Virus record (IMG/VR): IMGVR_UViG_3300006872_000014 | Span: 1-40,761 of that record | Direction: 5' to 3' (one strand) | Source of the DNA: a virus | Lineage: Duplodnaviria > Caudoviricetes | DNA length: 40,761 nucleotides | Part shown: piece after piece, positions 1 through 7,971 of the stretch | Layout of the letters: every line of letters starts with the position of its first letter | Position numbering within the stretch: position 1 is the stretch's first letter | The notes under the pieces: model-generated | The model's input: the letters and a program-made list of their open reading frames with translations, nothing else | What the model was told of the DNA's origin: nothing | The model's database searches: none | Program-made: the position numbers and the translations under genes

Positions 1-1009
1 CCCGCCAATTCTTGAACCCGAAAACCGCATTCAGGTCATTGAAAAACCGCTTCTGGATTTCCTCAGCGGCATAGTTGGTGGTTGTGCGGATCATGGCGCC
101 GTCGCCGCTCGGCTCGATCATGCAAACTCCAGAGTTTTCAAACCACGCACGATACCTGTCGACGCCGACTATTTTCACCAATCGGTGCACCTTGGGCGCT
201 AATCCGTTCTTAGGAAGAACGATCCCAGGTTCCGGCTTCACCGCCAGCCCCTCAATGTCGCGCCAGCGCTGATGACGCAAATATCGGACGCAATCGCATA
301 CCGCCTTCGAACTGTCAGGGTAGACCCGTTTGAAGCCAGCCAGCCCGTCGACAGCTTCCCGCCGCTCATCCTCTGACAACGCCTTGAACAACTTGAAAGC
401 TTCCTGCCTTGAGCCCTTGGTGAGGGTCCCGCTTTCGGTGAGCCGCCTCGGATAGGGCAACCAGATCGTTCGTTCGAAATCGCTTTCGAGCGAATCTTTT
501 TCTTCTTTCTTTTTTATAGTCTCAGTCTTATCTAGTCTAGTCTTAGGGGGCGGGTCCTCTACGATTAAATCGGCCCTTATCAATGCGTTATCGTCCAACT
601 CGCGACCATTTCGCTCTGCGTTCGCGTCCGGTTCGCGACCATTTCGCTGACCTTTCGCTATCATTTCGTGAGCATTTCGCGGCTGATTCGCATTGCTTTT
701 CGGGTCGATCTGATCGGGCTTAGGCTCCTTGTTGCGGATGGAATTGATCTCTCGCTCGGCTTTTTCGTTCCACAGATAGCCGTCGCGAAGGAAAACTTTG
801 CCGGCGTCGATGAGACGGGCGACAAGCGCGCGGGCCTTCCTGGTCGATGTGCGGAACATGCCGGCGAGGACGCGATCATTGGTTGGGCAGCCGCGCTCGC
901 TGCGGTAAATCGCATTGCATATGCGAAGAAACGCGGCCTCCTCTTCGAGCGAGAGGTCGGCGGTCCGATGATCCCAGAGCACAGGGTCCATGCGGTAGAA
1001 CGAAGCCAT
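1..1009 (-). CDS. Phage replication initiator protein (YdaU/DUF1376-like N-terminus, DnaA-domain-I-like C-terminus); truncated by the window edge
   Basis: Absent from the ORF track because it has no stop in the window. Manual translation from ATG 1009 (TGATG overlap with the upstream gene) gives MASFYRMDPVLWDHRTADLSLEEEAAFLRICNAIY..., open to position 2. It has a central low-complexity linker with iterons, a 'DFERTIWLPYPRR' motif and a C-terminal 'RYRAWFE...TTTNYAAEEIQKRF'. Confidence 0.8.
   Translation of the reverse strand, partial: MASFYRMDPVLWDHRTADLSLEEEAAFLRICNAIYRSERGCPTNDRVLAGMFRTSTRKARALVARLIDAGKVFLRDGYLWNEKAEREINSIRNKEPKPDQIDPKSNANQPRNAHEMIAKGQRNGREPDANAERNGRELDDNALIRADLIVEDPPPKTRLDKTETIKKKEEKDSLESDFERTIWLPYPRRLTESGTLTKGSRQEAFKLFKALSEDERREAVDGLAGFKRVYPDSSKAVCDCVRYLRHQRWRDIEGLAVKPEPGIVLPKNGLAPKVHRLVKIVGVDRYRAWFENSGVCMIEPSGDGAMIRTTTNYAAEEIQKRFFNDLNAVFGFKNWR
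495..702. repeat. Putative replication origin inside the initiator gene (phased iterons plus AT-rich tract)
   Basis: TTCG recurs every 11 bp at 610, 621, 632, 643, 654, 665, 676 and 687. A 16-bp direct repeat TCGCGACCATTTCGCT is at 600 and 633. A T-rich tract lies at ~495-520. Confidence 0.65.
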
Positions 1010-1497
1010 CAAGCAGCCCCGTCGAAAAATTCGCGGATGTGGGCTATGACGCTCCCGCATTCCTTCCAAATCTCGCGCCCCAAAAAGCGCATAGTGAACA
1101 CTCGATGTTTCGCGAAAGTCGCCAGCCTTAAATTGTCATGGGCGATCTGCCGTTCATCGGAATAATGCCAGTCCTTGCCGTCAGCCTCAGCGACCAGCGC
1201 AGTAACGCCGCGCGCGCTGGCGCGGAGGAACAAAAAATCTGGTCTGTAGTCCCCGATCCATGCTTGCGGAAAAACGACGATTCGCCCGACATGCCCGCGC
1301 GCCTCGTCAATAGCTTGCTTGATGGTCAATCCAGCCTGACCGATGACGAAATCATAGCGCGTAATATGCGCCATGAGTTGCGCTTCTATCGGGCTTTCCG
1401 TCGCCTCCACGGCGTCCACTACCGGAATTTTTTCAACGGCTCCGTTGCGGATCGCGCCGACGAACGGAGAGTTGAGAATGGAGGCGAGTTTGCGCAC
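1009..1497 (-). CDS. DUF559/Vsr-like PD-(D/E)XK endonuclease domain protein
   Basis: Motifs ESPIE, QAWIGDYRPDFL, EADGKDWH, HDNLR and MRFLGREI. Confidence 0.75.
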   Translation of the reverse strand: MRKLASILNSPFVGAIRNGAVEKIPVVDAVEATESPIEAQLMAHITRYDFVIGQAGLTIKQAIDEARGHVGRIVVFPQAWIGDYRPDFLFLRASARGVTALVAEADGKDWHYSDERQIAHDNLRLATFAKHRVFTMRFLGREIWKECGSVIAHIREFFDGAA

Positions 1498-1760
1498 TAC
1501 GCCCGCCTCCAGAGCCCGGCCTTGACGCCGGCGAGGCGCTTGACCTTACCGGCCCGCTCAAGCTCGCCGAGGACGCGCAGCATTTCAGCGGGGCGGCGCG
1601 CGAGCCTCTGTGCTATCTGACCGGCGCTAAGCTCCGCTCCGCGCTTCAGGGCGTCGTAAACGCGCTCGGGTAGGTGGACGGCGCACGGCTTCCCCGCGCT
1701 TATGTAGGACGATTTGCGGGGCTCTGGGGGGGCTTCTGCGGGGGAGGGATGGTCGGTCAT
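1497..1760 (-). CDS. Small winged-HTH protein
   Basis: LSAGQIAQRLARRPAEMLRVLGELERAGKVKR. The TAG stop overlaps the next GTG. ATG 1760 is the preferred start. Confidence 0.6.
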   Translation of the reverse strand: MTDHPSPAEAPPEPRKSSYISAGKPCAVHLPERVYDALKRGAELSAGQIAQRLARRPAEMLRVLGELERAGKVKRLAGVKAGLWRRA

Positions 1761-1771
1761 GGAAACTCTCG

Positions 1772-1844
1772 AAAAAAGCGCCGGCCGGTGAAGCTTCCGG
1801 AGTTTCGGCGGAGGCAACGAGGATCAGTCGCTGTCCCAGCCGGC
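1772..1844 (-). terminator. Structured intergenic element or terminator
   Basis: Minus strand GCCGGCTGG pairs with CCGGCCGGC, encloses an inner hairpin and is followed by GCTTTTTT. Confidence 0.45.
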
Positions 1845-1848
1845 CCGA

Positions 1849-2142
1849 TTACTTGCCGCTGCTTCGCGGGTTTTGTAAAGATGGCTGATCTGTAATTTTT
1901 TCCAGAGCCTTGACGGCGCGCTGATAATGGCGCCTTTGGATACGCGCTGCATCGGATAGGTTATACCAGACGGCGGTTGTCGAGATGCCGAACGCTTCGG
2001 CGATCTCTCTGAGCTTTGCCCCCTCCGCCCGCATCTTGCGCATCGCCGCTACGCGCTCCGGATCGCGCCTCTTGGGCGGCTCGGAATCCGGCTTGCGTCT
2101 GGCGCCGTTGAACTTTCGGCGGTCGATCGGTTCTTCCCGCAT
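1849..2142 (-). CDS. HTH DNA-binding protein
   Basis: MRAEGAKLREIAEAFGISTTAVWYNL; GAGG ribosome-binding site upstream. Confidence 0.7.
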   Translation of the reverse strand: MREEPIDRRKFNGARRKPDSEPPKRRDPERVAAMRKMRAEGAKLREIAEAFGISTTAVWYNLSDAARIQRRHYQRAVKALEKITDQPSLQNPRSSGK

Positions 2143-2152
2143 TGCAGCCGCC

Positions 2153-2536
2153 TCAGTCGTCGCTTGAGGTCTTGAATTTCAGATTGAGCCCCATGGCCCA
2201 ATCGTCTTCGCGCGCGAATCGTTCGACGATCGCCGTCGAAAGTTTTTCGATCTTCGGCTCCATCGATTGCTTGATGAGTTCCTTGATCTCGTCGAACCTT
2301 TCGGCGACAATATCGCGAACGGCGCGCGCCGCAGCGTTCTGGATTGACTCCGCCAACACATGATCGAGAAAGGCGATCTTCTTCTTGGCGTAATACCCGC
2401 GCTCAGGATCGGGAACTTCGATCTGCTTGTCGAGCGAAGCGCTGACTAGCCGCTCGATTATGCCCCCTTCGCCGCCGACCAAAGCCTCCGCAACTTTCGC
2501 CTTGATGATCGCCGTCACCGCATCGTTGATTTCCAT
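2153..2536 (-). CDS. Hypothetical protein
   Basis: 127-aa ORF with a GGAG RBS, in operon order. Confidence 0.7.
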   Translation of the reverse strand: MEINDAVTAIIKAKVAEALVGGEGGIIERLVSASLDKQIEVPDPERGYYAKKKIAFLDHVLAESIQNAAARAVRDIVAERFDEIKELIKQSMEPKIEKLSTAIVERFAREDDWAMGLNLKFKTSSDD

Positions 2537-2702
2537 CCTTGCTCTCCTTTGTGCCTTCCTGCTCCCTGAACCTGTGAATGAACGCGCACGCTTCGAGATA
2601 CTCGCCCCAGCGATAGCCGAGCTTGCCAGCGATCCATTCGCCCGGCTTTCCCTCCGCCTGGTAGTGGATGATGCGCTCGTGGGAGGAGGTGAGGGAGATC
2701 AA
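2403..2702 (-). CDS. Hypothetical protein
   Basis: TTG start overlaps the upstream stop and fills the gap. Its 3' part overlaps the next gene extensively. Confidence 0.4.
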   Translation of the reverse strand: MISLTSSHERIIHYQAEGKPGEWIAGKLGYRWGEYLEACAFIHRFREQEGTKESKDGNQRCGDGDHQGESCGGFGRRRRGHNRAASQRFARQADRSSRS

Positions 2703-3001
2703 ACCGCCCTCCAAACTATAACGCTGACCTTGCCTTCCTTGCGGCGGAGTCCGGAGTCGGCTATTTTATTCAGCTTACTGAGTTCAGACGTGCGGGGCTG
2801 GATTGATGCGTAATCGACATTGACGCCCGCCGCAATTTCCCGCGTGGTCGCCGGGCCACGAGAGCGCAGGAATGAAAGCACGATCTGCTGGAGGTGCGGC
2901 GCGGACGGCTTCACATGCTCGGCGGCGGCGCGCGATGTGTCGGTTTTGCGAAAGCCCGGCGAATGGGGATAAGGCTCACCGGAGAAGAGGTCAGGCTGCA
3001 T
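2699..3001 (-). CDS. Winged-HTH phage protein
   Basis: TDTSRAAA...GPATTREIA...SIQPRTSELSKLNKIADSGLRR...VWRA is a typical small phage wHTH pattern. Confidence 0.75.
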   Translation of the reverse strand: MQPDLFSGEPYPHSPGFRKTDTSRAAAEHVKPSAPHLQQIVLSFLRSRGPATTREIAAGVNVDYASIQPRTSELSKLNKIADSGLRRKEGKVSVIVWRAV

Positions 3002-3309
3002 TATGATTTGCCTCCTTGAAACAGAAGCAATTGCCCACGATTTGGTTCTGGGCGAAATTCTTCTTGCAGGTTTGGAAGAGGTCCGCCCTTAAGCCAGGCC
3101 ATGACATGGGCTTCCTGTGAAATCGAGTATGGAGAGGTTCCCTTCCTTCCGATAAGCGAAAACCGCCTTTTGCCGTCGCCGCGTTGTTCGAGAATCCAAT
3201 AGGTGTTGCATTGTTGGCCGGGTATTTCATTGCCTTTTTCATCAACATTCTTGGAAATGCCTTCGACGGCTCCGACATAAGCCCATCGATATTTATCAAG
3301 AAACTTCAC
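3001..3309 (-). CDS. Hypothetical protein
   Basis: GTGA coupling at 3309; low-GC ORF. Confidence 0.6.
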   Translation of the reverse strand: MKFLDKYRWAYVGAVEGISKNVDEKGNEIPGQQCNTYWILEQRGDGKRRFSLIGRKGTSPYSISQEAHVMAWLKGGPLPNLQEEFRPEPNRGQLLLFQGGKS

Positions 3310-3416
3310 CCGACCGCCCTCCACACCATCGCCCCGGCGACGAGAAGCGCCACCGCCAAGCCGAAGGAGAAGACCCAGAGCGTGATCCAGATGTCTACGG
3401 GGAGGGGCTTTTTCAT
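3306..3416 (-). CDS. 36-aa single-TM membrane protein
   Basis: Manual translation MKKPLPVDIWITLWVFSFGLAVALLVAGAMVWRAVG, with ATGA and GTGA overlaps at the two ends. Confidence 0.6.
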   Translation of the reverse strand: MKKPLPVDIWITLWVFSFGLAVALLVAGAMVWRAVG

Positions 3417-3781
3417 GGATTATCTTCCGTGAAAGGACGTATGCGCACGGTCACGTTGCGCCCCGTCTTCTTCGTCCATTCCGCCGTCACCCGAACGCAA
3501 TCGCTATCGTCGATGACGACGCCGGAATTGACAAGCGCGTCGGAGATCGGCTTGATCAGATTGTCGATGTCTCGCCTGCGGTTGTCCGGCTTTCCCGCGA
3601 TGATGTGAAGCTCATAGGCGCATTTCAGCCTCGGCGGACGTTGCGCCATGATTTCAAGGCCAGCCGCCCTGCGCCATTTCGAATAGCCGCCGGTGCGCGC
3701 CCGCCCGCCTCCTGACAGGTTGCGGAACGCCTTGTTGACGCTAGGCGGATACGGCAATTGAAGGACGGACCAGTCGCTCAT
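3413..3781 (-). CDS. rusA: RusA-family Holliday junction resolvase
   Basis: LPYPPSVN at the N-terminus and the catalytic RRRDIDNLIKPISDALVNSGVVIDDS motif. Confidence 0.9.
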   Translation of the reverse strand: MSDWSVLQLPYPPSVNKAFRNLSGGGRARTGGYSKWRRAAGLEIMAQRPPRLKCAYELHIIAGKPDNRRRDIDNLIKPISDALVNSGVVIDDSDCVRVTAEWTKKTGRNVTVRIRPFTEDNP

Positions 3782-3825
3782 GAAAGCTCGGATTCCTTCA
3801 ACTCGCGGATGATGTCGTCATAATG

Positions 3826-4128
3826 CTAACGGCACTCGCGCGCCTGCCGACAAAGAGCGCGGCCTATAACCTGCCACGGCTTTTGCAGATTCTCGCGCAT
3901 GTCGAGCAGGCGAAGGCTTTCCGAATCAGTCCATATTTTCCCGCAGCGCCTTTTGATGCGCTTGTCGCCGGCGGCGATCATGCGACTGATCAGATTGCTG
4001 ATCGCATTCCGGCTTTGCGTCAACTTGGTTGTTTTCGCTATCTCCGCGCCGCTCAAGCCTTCGTTATGCAGCTTTGCAACCAACGACTTTTCCGCATCCG
4101 TCCATTTCACGTCCTTGCGGGGCATCAT
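3826..4128 (-). CDS. GcrA-like N-terminal HTH plus a second Myb-like repeat; possibly extends through TAG to 3778
   Basis: WTDAEKSLVAKLHNEGLSGAEIA...SRNAISNLISRM matches the GcrA N-terminal pattern. A second repeat reads WTDSE...PWQVIGRALCRQARECR. Confidence 0.7.
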   Translation of the reverse strand: MMPRKDVKWTDAEKSLVAKLHNEGLSGAEIAKTTKLTQSRNAISNLISRMIAAGDKRIKRRCGKIWTDSESLRLLDMRENLQKPWQVIGRALCRQARECR

Positions 4129-4422
4129 TCACCCCATCACATAAAAGGCGAGGAACGGAAGGCCGATGACCACAGCCGCGAGAATCCCTCCAGCGGCGAT
4201 CTTCCATGCGGCCCAGAATTCACGGAGAACGTAGCGGCGCCCGCGAGCGAAGGGGGGCATGGCGGGCGCCGCCGTCTTGCACGCCTTCACGGGGGAGACG
4301 CAGGCGCGCGAGTCGAAGGGTATGACGAGGCAGTCGTCATCTTCCGGCAAGGGAAGGTCGAGGAGCTTTCTTTCAAGCGGTGTCGGGAAGTCCGGCACGA
4401 TCACGTTGGCGGATTTTCTCAT
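4129..4422 (-). CDS. Hypothetical protein with a C-terminal TM helix
   Basis: ATG 4422 overlaps the upstream stop; hydrophobic C-terminus IAAGGILAAVVIGLPFLAFYVMG. Confidence 0.6.
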   Translation of the reverse strand: MRKSANVIVPDFPTPLERKLLDLPLPEDDDCLVIPFDSRACVSPVKACKTAAPAMPPFARGRRYVLREFWAAWKIAAGGILAAVVIGLPFLAFYVMG

Positions 4423-4574
4423 CTCGCCCTCCGCGTAATGAAAGCGCACGCAAGGGCGATGAAGAGGAAGATGCATTGAACGGCTAAAAAGACCGGTTCG
4501 CCCGAAGCTGCCGCATTGGCGACCGCCAGCGCGTTCACCGCCGCCGCGAACAAGAACCAGTGGAATGGGCGCAT
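4419..4574 (-). CDS. 51-aa two-TM membrane protein
   Basis: Manual translation MRPFHWFLFAAAVNALAVANAAASGEPVFLAVQCIFLFIALACAFITRRAR; GAGGGG RBS; ATGA overlap with the next gene. Confidence 0.6.
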   Translation of the reverse strand: MRPFHWFLFAAAVNALAVANAAASGEPVFLAVQCIFLFIALACAFITRRAR

Positions 4575-4590
4575 AGCCCCCTCTTTCGTT

Positions 4591-4782
4591 TCAGCCGACC
4601 GAATACCAATCGTTCGGCTTGACCTTGCCTTCGGTCACTTCGTTGATACGCTCGACCATGTAGGGCGCTGGCGTGCGCCCCGCCTCATATCTCGCGACGA
4701 CGACGGGGCTTGACGCGCCGATCATCTTGGCGACTTCGCGCTGCGTCAGTCCTCGTTTCTCTCGCCATACTTTGAGCTTCAT
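4591..4782 (-). CDS. Cro-like XRE HTH repressor
   Basis: 63 aa, LKVWREKRGLTQREVAKMIG...VARYEAGRTP...TEGKVKPNDW. It is the first gene of the operon. Confidence 0.85.
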   Translation of the reverse strand: MKLKVWREKRGLTQREVAKMIGASSPVVVARYEAGRTPAPYMVERINEVTEGKVKPNDWYSVG

Positions 4783-4788
4783 ATCCCG

Positions 4789-4817
4789 AGACTAACCGCG
4801 CCGGTTATCGGCGTCAA
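4789..4817 (-). promoter_or_regulatory. Sigma70-like promoter for the cro operon with an operator in the spacer
   Basis: TTGACG (4817-4812), 17 bp, TAGTCT (4794-4789). The palindrome TAACCG-CGC-CGGTTA is at 4793-4807. Confidence 0.7.
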
Positions 4818-4849
4818 GCGGGCTGTGCGAAATTATTTTCTGCGGCCTG

Positions 4850-4878
4850 TTGACTGCGCTAACCGCTGCGGTTATGTT
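4850..4878 (+). promoter_or_regulatory. Sigma70-like early promoter with an operator in the spacer
   Basis: TTGACT (4850-4855), 17 bp, TATGTT (4873-4878). The palindrome TAACCG-CTG-CGGTTA is at 4860-4874. Confidence 0.75.
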
Positions 4879-4902
4879 GGGGCGTAAGCAAGGGAGTCTG
4901 AG

Positions 4903-5226
4903 ATGGCAGGCAATCACTATCTTGACGCGGGACCGCAATACGACACCGACACGCCGCAGAAGCTCCGCGCTCAGGAGCGTTTCGACAAGGCGGAGGCCGA
5001 CCGCGCGGCGTTTCAGGAGCTCGGGCGCAAATGGGCGGATGAAGCGCTGGCGCTCGCAGCGGCGCGGAAGGTGGAGCCGTCTGGCTACTTCCTGAAAATC
5101 GCTCAGGAGCGGGGCGAGACTTTCCCGGACTTCGCCCGGGGCTCTCTCGCCGACCATGCCTGTGAGTTTTTCCACCTCCCCGACCCTCAGGATGAATACG
5201 ACCATGAAATGGGAGAGATCGAATGA
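4903..5226 (+). CDS. Hypothetical early protein
   Basis: AGGGAG RBS; first gene after the promoter; ATGA coupling downstream. Confidence 0.7.
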   Translation: MAGNHYLDAGPQYDTDTPQKLRAQERFDKAEADRAAFQELGRKWADEALALAAARKVEPSGYFLKIAQERGETFPDFARGSLADHACEFFHLPDPQDEYDHEMGEIE

Positions 5227-5459
5227 GCCCGGAAGAGGCGAAAACCAAATGGTGCCCATTTGCGCGCATCGGCGGTAGCGCTGGCACGGAGGGAGCCTCG
5301 TATAATCGACTGTTTCTTCATGGTGGCGAAATCTCGCACGATGCGGCTACTTGTATCGCAGATCAGTGCATGGCTTGGCGTTGGACTGATCGGGAGAATG
5401 CCGCGCTTGGAATAAAAGATAGCGGCTATTGCGGTCTCGCCGGGAGGGAGACGGAATGA
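5223..5459 (+). CDS. Small Cys-rich phage protein
   Basis: EEAKTKWCPFAR...CIADQCMAWRW...GYCGLAG is a recurrent phage small-protein pattern. Confidence 0.75.
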   Translation: MSPEEAKTKWCPFARIGGSAGTEGASYNRLFLHGGEISHDAATCIADQCMAWRWTDRENAALGIKDSGYCGLAGRETE

Positions 5460-5680
5460 CCTGCCACGCGCAAATCGTTCCCTTCCCTACATGGCGCCAG
5501 CGGATGATCGCAGAGCTTGCGCGGGCTGACGCAGAGGCGATGAAGCTCAACGTCATCGCGGAAGGTCTGGCGGATAAACACGGCGACAAGCTCGCCCGCA
5601 TGAACGCATCGAACGCCGCAGCCATGCTGCGCGGAATCATCGGCGGCGTCATCCATGATCTTGAGAGGAACGGGAGATGA
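5456..5680 (+). CDS. Hypothetical protein
   Basis: ATGA overlaps at both ends. Confidence 0.65.
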   Translation: MTCHAQIVPFPTWRQRMIAELARADAEAMKLNVIAEGLADKHGDKLARMNASNAAAMLRGIIGGVIHDLERNGR

Positions 5681-6426
5681 GCGAAGAAAAACGAGAGCTT
5701 GTTGTGAATGATCGTCGTCACGTGGCGGCGGATGCAGGTGAACAGCCGCCCGCAACTACGCCTATGGAGATGCTGAGTAGGGCGCTGTCTTCTGGCGCTT
5801 CTCCGGAAACGCTTGAAAAGCTCATGCAATTGCAGGAGCGCTGGCAGGACCGTTCCGCCAAGGCCGCATACGATGCCGACATGGCGGCTATGCAAGGTGA
5901 TCTTCCAGTCATCGAAAAGCGGCGCACGGGCAACAACTGGAAGTATGCAGACTGGGGCGACATAAAGCTGCAAATCAATCCTATCCTGCAAAAACACGGC
6001 TTTGCGATCACGCATCGCATTCAGGCTCACGAAAAAGAGCTTGTCGTCACCGCGATCTGCTCGCATCGCGGCGGGCATCGCGAGGAAACCTCATTACCGC
6101 TTCCATACGACACGACCGGCAGCAAGAACGCGGTGCAAGCGCGCGGATCGACCGTTCAATACGGCATTCGCTACACCGGCTGCGCCATCGCCGGCATTGC
6201 GATCAGCGGCGAAGATAAGGACGGCGTGGAAGCTGACGATTACGACACGTCAGAATGGACGGCCAAGATCGCCGCCGCCGATGAAGCGCATGATAAAGGA
6301 ACCCTTCTCGCAATCCAGAAAGAACTAAAGGGAAAGCGGACGGAAATTCCAGACGGCGCATGGAAGATTTTAAGCAGCGCATGGTCGGCTGCATTAAAGC
6401 GGGCGGAGGCGACGAAGAATGTCTGA
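5677..6426 (+). CDS. ERF-family ssDNA annealing protein
   Basis: KYADWGDI, PILQKHGF, HRGGHREE and KNAVQARGSTVQYGIRY...EDKDG match the ERF signature. Confidence 0.9.
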   Translation: MSEEKRELVVNDRRHVAADAGEQPPATTPMEMLSRALSSGASPETLEKLMQLQERWQDRSAKAAYDADMAAMQGDLPVIEKRRTGNNWKYADWGDIKLQINPILQKHGFAITHRIQAHEKELVVTAICSHRGGHREETSLPLPYDTTGSKNAVQARGSTVQYGIRYTGCAIAGIAISGEDKDGVEADDYDTSEWTAKIAAADEAHDKGTLLAIQKELKGKRTEIPDGAWKILSSAWSAALKRAEATKNV

Positions 6427-7048
6427 GATTCAACGTACTCCAGAATGGTACGCCAAGCGCGCCGGCTGCTTCACGGCCTCACGCATGGCTGACATCATGG
6501 CGCGCACGAAGACCGGCCCGAGCGCCAGCCGCAAGAACATGATCGCGCTACTCGCCTGCGAACGCCTGACCGGCCAATGCGTCGAGACTTTTCAGAACGC
6601 GGCGATGCAGCGCGGCGTCGAATTGGAGCAAGAGGCTCTGGATGCTTACGCCTTCGAATGCGGCGTCGCGGTGGAGGCGGTCGATTATCTCGATCATCCT
6701 GAGTTACCGCGCGTCGGCTGCTCGCCTGACGGTCTTATCGGAACTGACGGACTTGTCGAGGTCAAGTGCCCGTCCGCAATGGGCGTCCATCTGGAAGCCC
6801 TGCAATACGGCGCCCATGCGGATCAGTATCGCTGGCAGTTGCAGCATCAGCTATTCGTCAGCCGCCGGCAATGGGTCGATTGCGTCTCCTATGATCCAAG
6901 ATGGCCTGCGGGGCTTCAACTGGCGATCAAGCGCGTCCTTCCGAACGCGGACGATCAGGCGGCGCTCGCCGGCGAGATCGCTAAGGCCGAGCTTGAGATC
7001 GGGCAGATCGTTTCAGAACTGAGAAAATTAGGGAAAATTGCGGCATGA
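6419..7048 (+). CDS. YqaJ/lambda-exonuclease family protein
   Basis: QRTPEWYAKRAG-FTAS, AMQRGVELE, CSPDGL, EVKCP and YRWQLQHQL. Confidence 0.92.
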   Translation: MSEIQRTPEWYAKRAGCFTASRMADIMARTKTGPSASRKNMIALLACERLTGQCVETFQNAAMQRGVELEQEALDAYAFECGVAVEAVDYLDHPELPRVGCSPDGLIGTDGLVEVKCPSAMGVHLEALQYGAHADQYRWQLQHQLFVSRRQWVDCVSYDPRWPAGLQLAIKRVLPNADDQAALAGEIAKAELEIGQIVSELRKLGKIAA

Positions 7049-7971
7049 GCACAGAATTGATCCCCGTCGAATCCGTCAACGCGGCGGAGCTTTTCGCAGG
7101 CGACGGCCTTGACGGCCTTCTCGCCAAAATCCGCGATCATGCGATCAGCGTCGCGGCGGATGTGAGCACGGACAAGGGCCGGAAGGAAATCGCCTCCATC
7201 GCCTACAAGGTGGCGCGGTCAAAAACGACGATTGACGATGCAGGAAAGTCGCTTGTCGCCGACTGGAAAGCGAAGTCGGCGGCGGTGGACGCAGCGAGGA
7301 AGAAGGCGCGCGACTACCTGGACGCCCTCAAGGATGAAGTCCGCCAGCCTTTGACCGATTGGGAGGCGGAGCAAGAACGCATTGCGGAGGAGGCCCGCGA
7401 GGCCGAGCGCAAGCGCATCGCGGACGCTGAGGCCGCACGTCTCGCCGAACTTGAGCGGCGCGAGGCTGAAATCCGCGCCAAGGAAGAGGCGATCAGGAAG
7501 GCTGAGGAAGAGGCGCGCGCCAAAGCGGCGGCGGAGCGCGCGGAACAGGAGCGTATTGAACGCGAGGAGAGCATCCGCAAGGAAGCGGCAGAGCGCGCGG
7601 AGCGCGAAAAGGTCGCTGCGCTTGAAGCCGCGAAGCTCGCCGAAGAACGGGCGGCGCGGGAAGCAGAACAGGCGAAGGAGCGCGAACGTCTCGCCGCCGA
7701 GAAAGCCGAGCGCGATAAACAGGAAGCTGTCCGCCAAGCCGAACAGCGCGCGCGGATGGAAGCCGAGCAAAAGGAACGCGCGCGTCTTGCCGACGAAGCT
7801 CACGCCAAGGCCGAACAAGAACGCCTCGCCGCCGACCGGGAACATAGGCAAGCGATCAACGCCGCAGCGCTCAAGGCGCTTATCGATGAAGGCGTCGGCG
7901 AGACGACGGCGAAAAAGGTCCTGACGCTAATCGCGTCGGGCGCGATCCCGCGCGTCAGCATCAACTATTGA
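7045..7971 (+). CDS. Coiled-coil phage protein (the family often mislabelled TolA-like)
   Basis: DVSTDKGRKEIASIAYKVARSKT, EVRQPLTDWEAE, an E/A/R-rich rod and a C-terminal IPRVSINY. Confidence 0.8.
   Translation: MSTELIPVESVNAAELFAGDGLDGLLAKIRDHAISVAADVSTDKGRKEIASIAYKVARSKTTIDDAGKSLVADWKAKSAAVDAARKKARDYLDALKDEVRQPLTDWEAEQERIAEEAREAERKRIADAEAARLAELERREAEIRAKEEAIRKAEEEARAKAAAERAEQERIEREESIRKEAAERAEREKVAALEAAKLAEERAAREAEQAKERERLAAEKAERDKQEAVRQAEQRARMEAEQKERARLADEAHAKAEQERLAADREHRQAINAAALKALIDEGVGETTAKKVLTLIASGAIPRVSINY

Noticed and set aside
600-702. CRISPR-like array
   Set aside because: The units are only 11 bp with no unique spacers, they lie within a CDS, and there are no cas genes.
668-1165. 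165-aa + strand ORF
   Set aside because: It is antisense to the initiator and DUF559 genes, which have motif and coupling support.
7045-7971. TolA cell-envelope protein
   Set aside because: There is no TM anchor. The similarity is only low-complexity E/A/R/K coiled coil in a common phage early protein.
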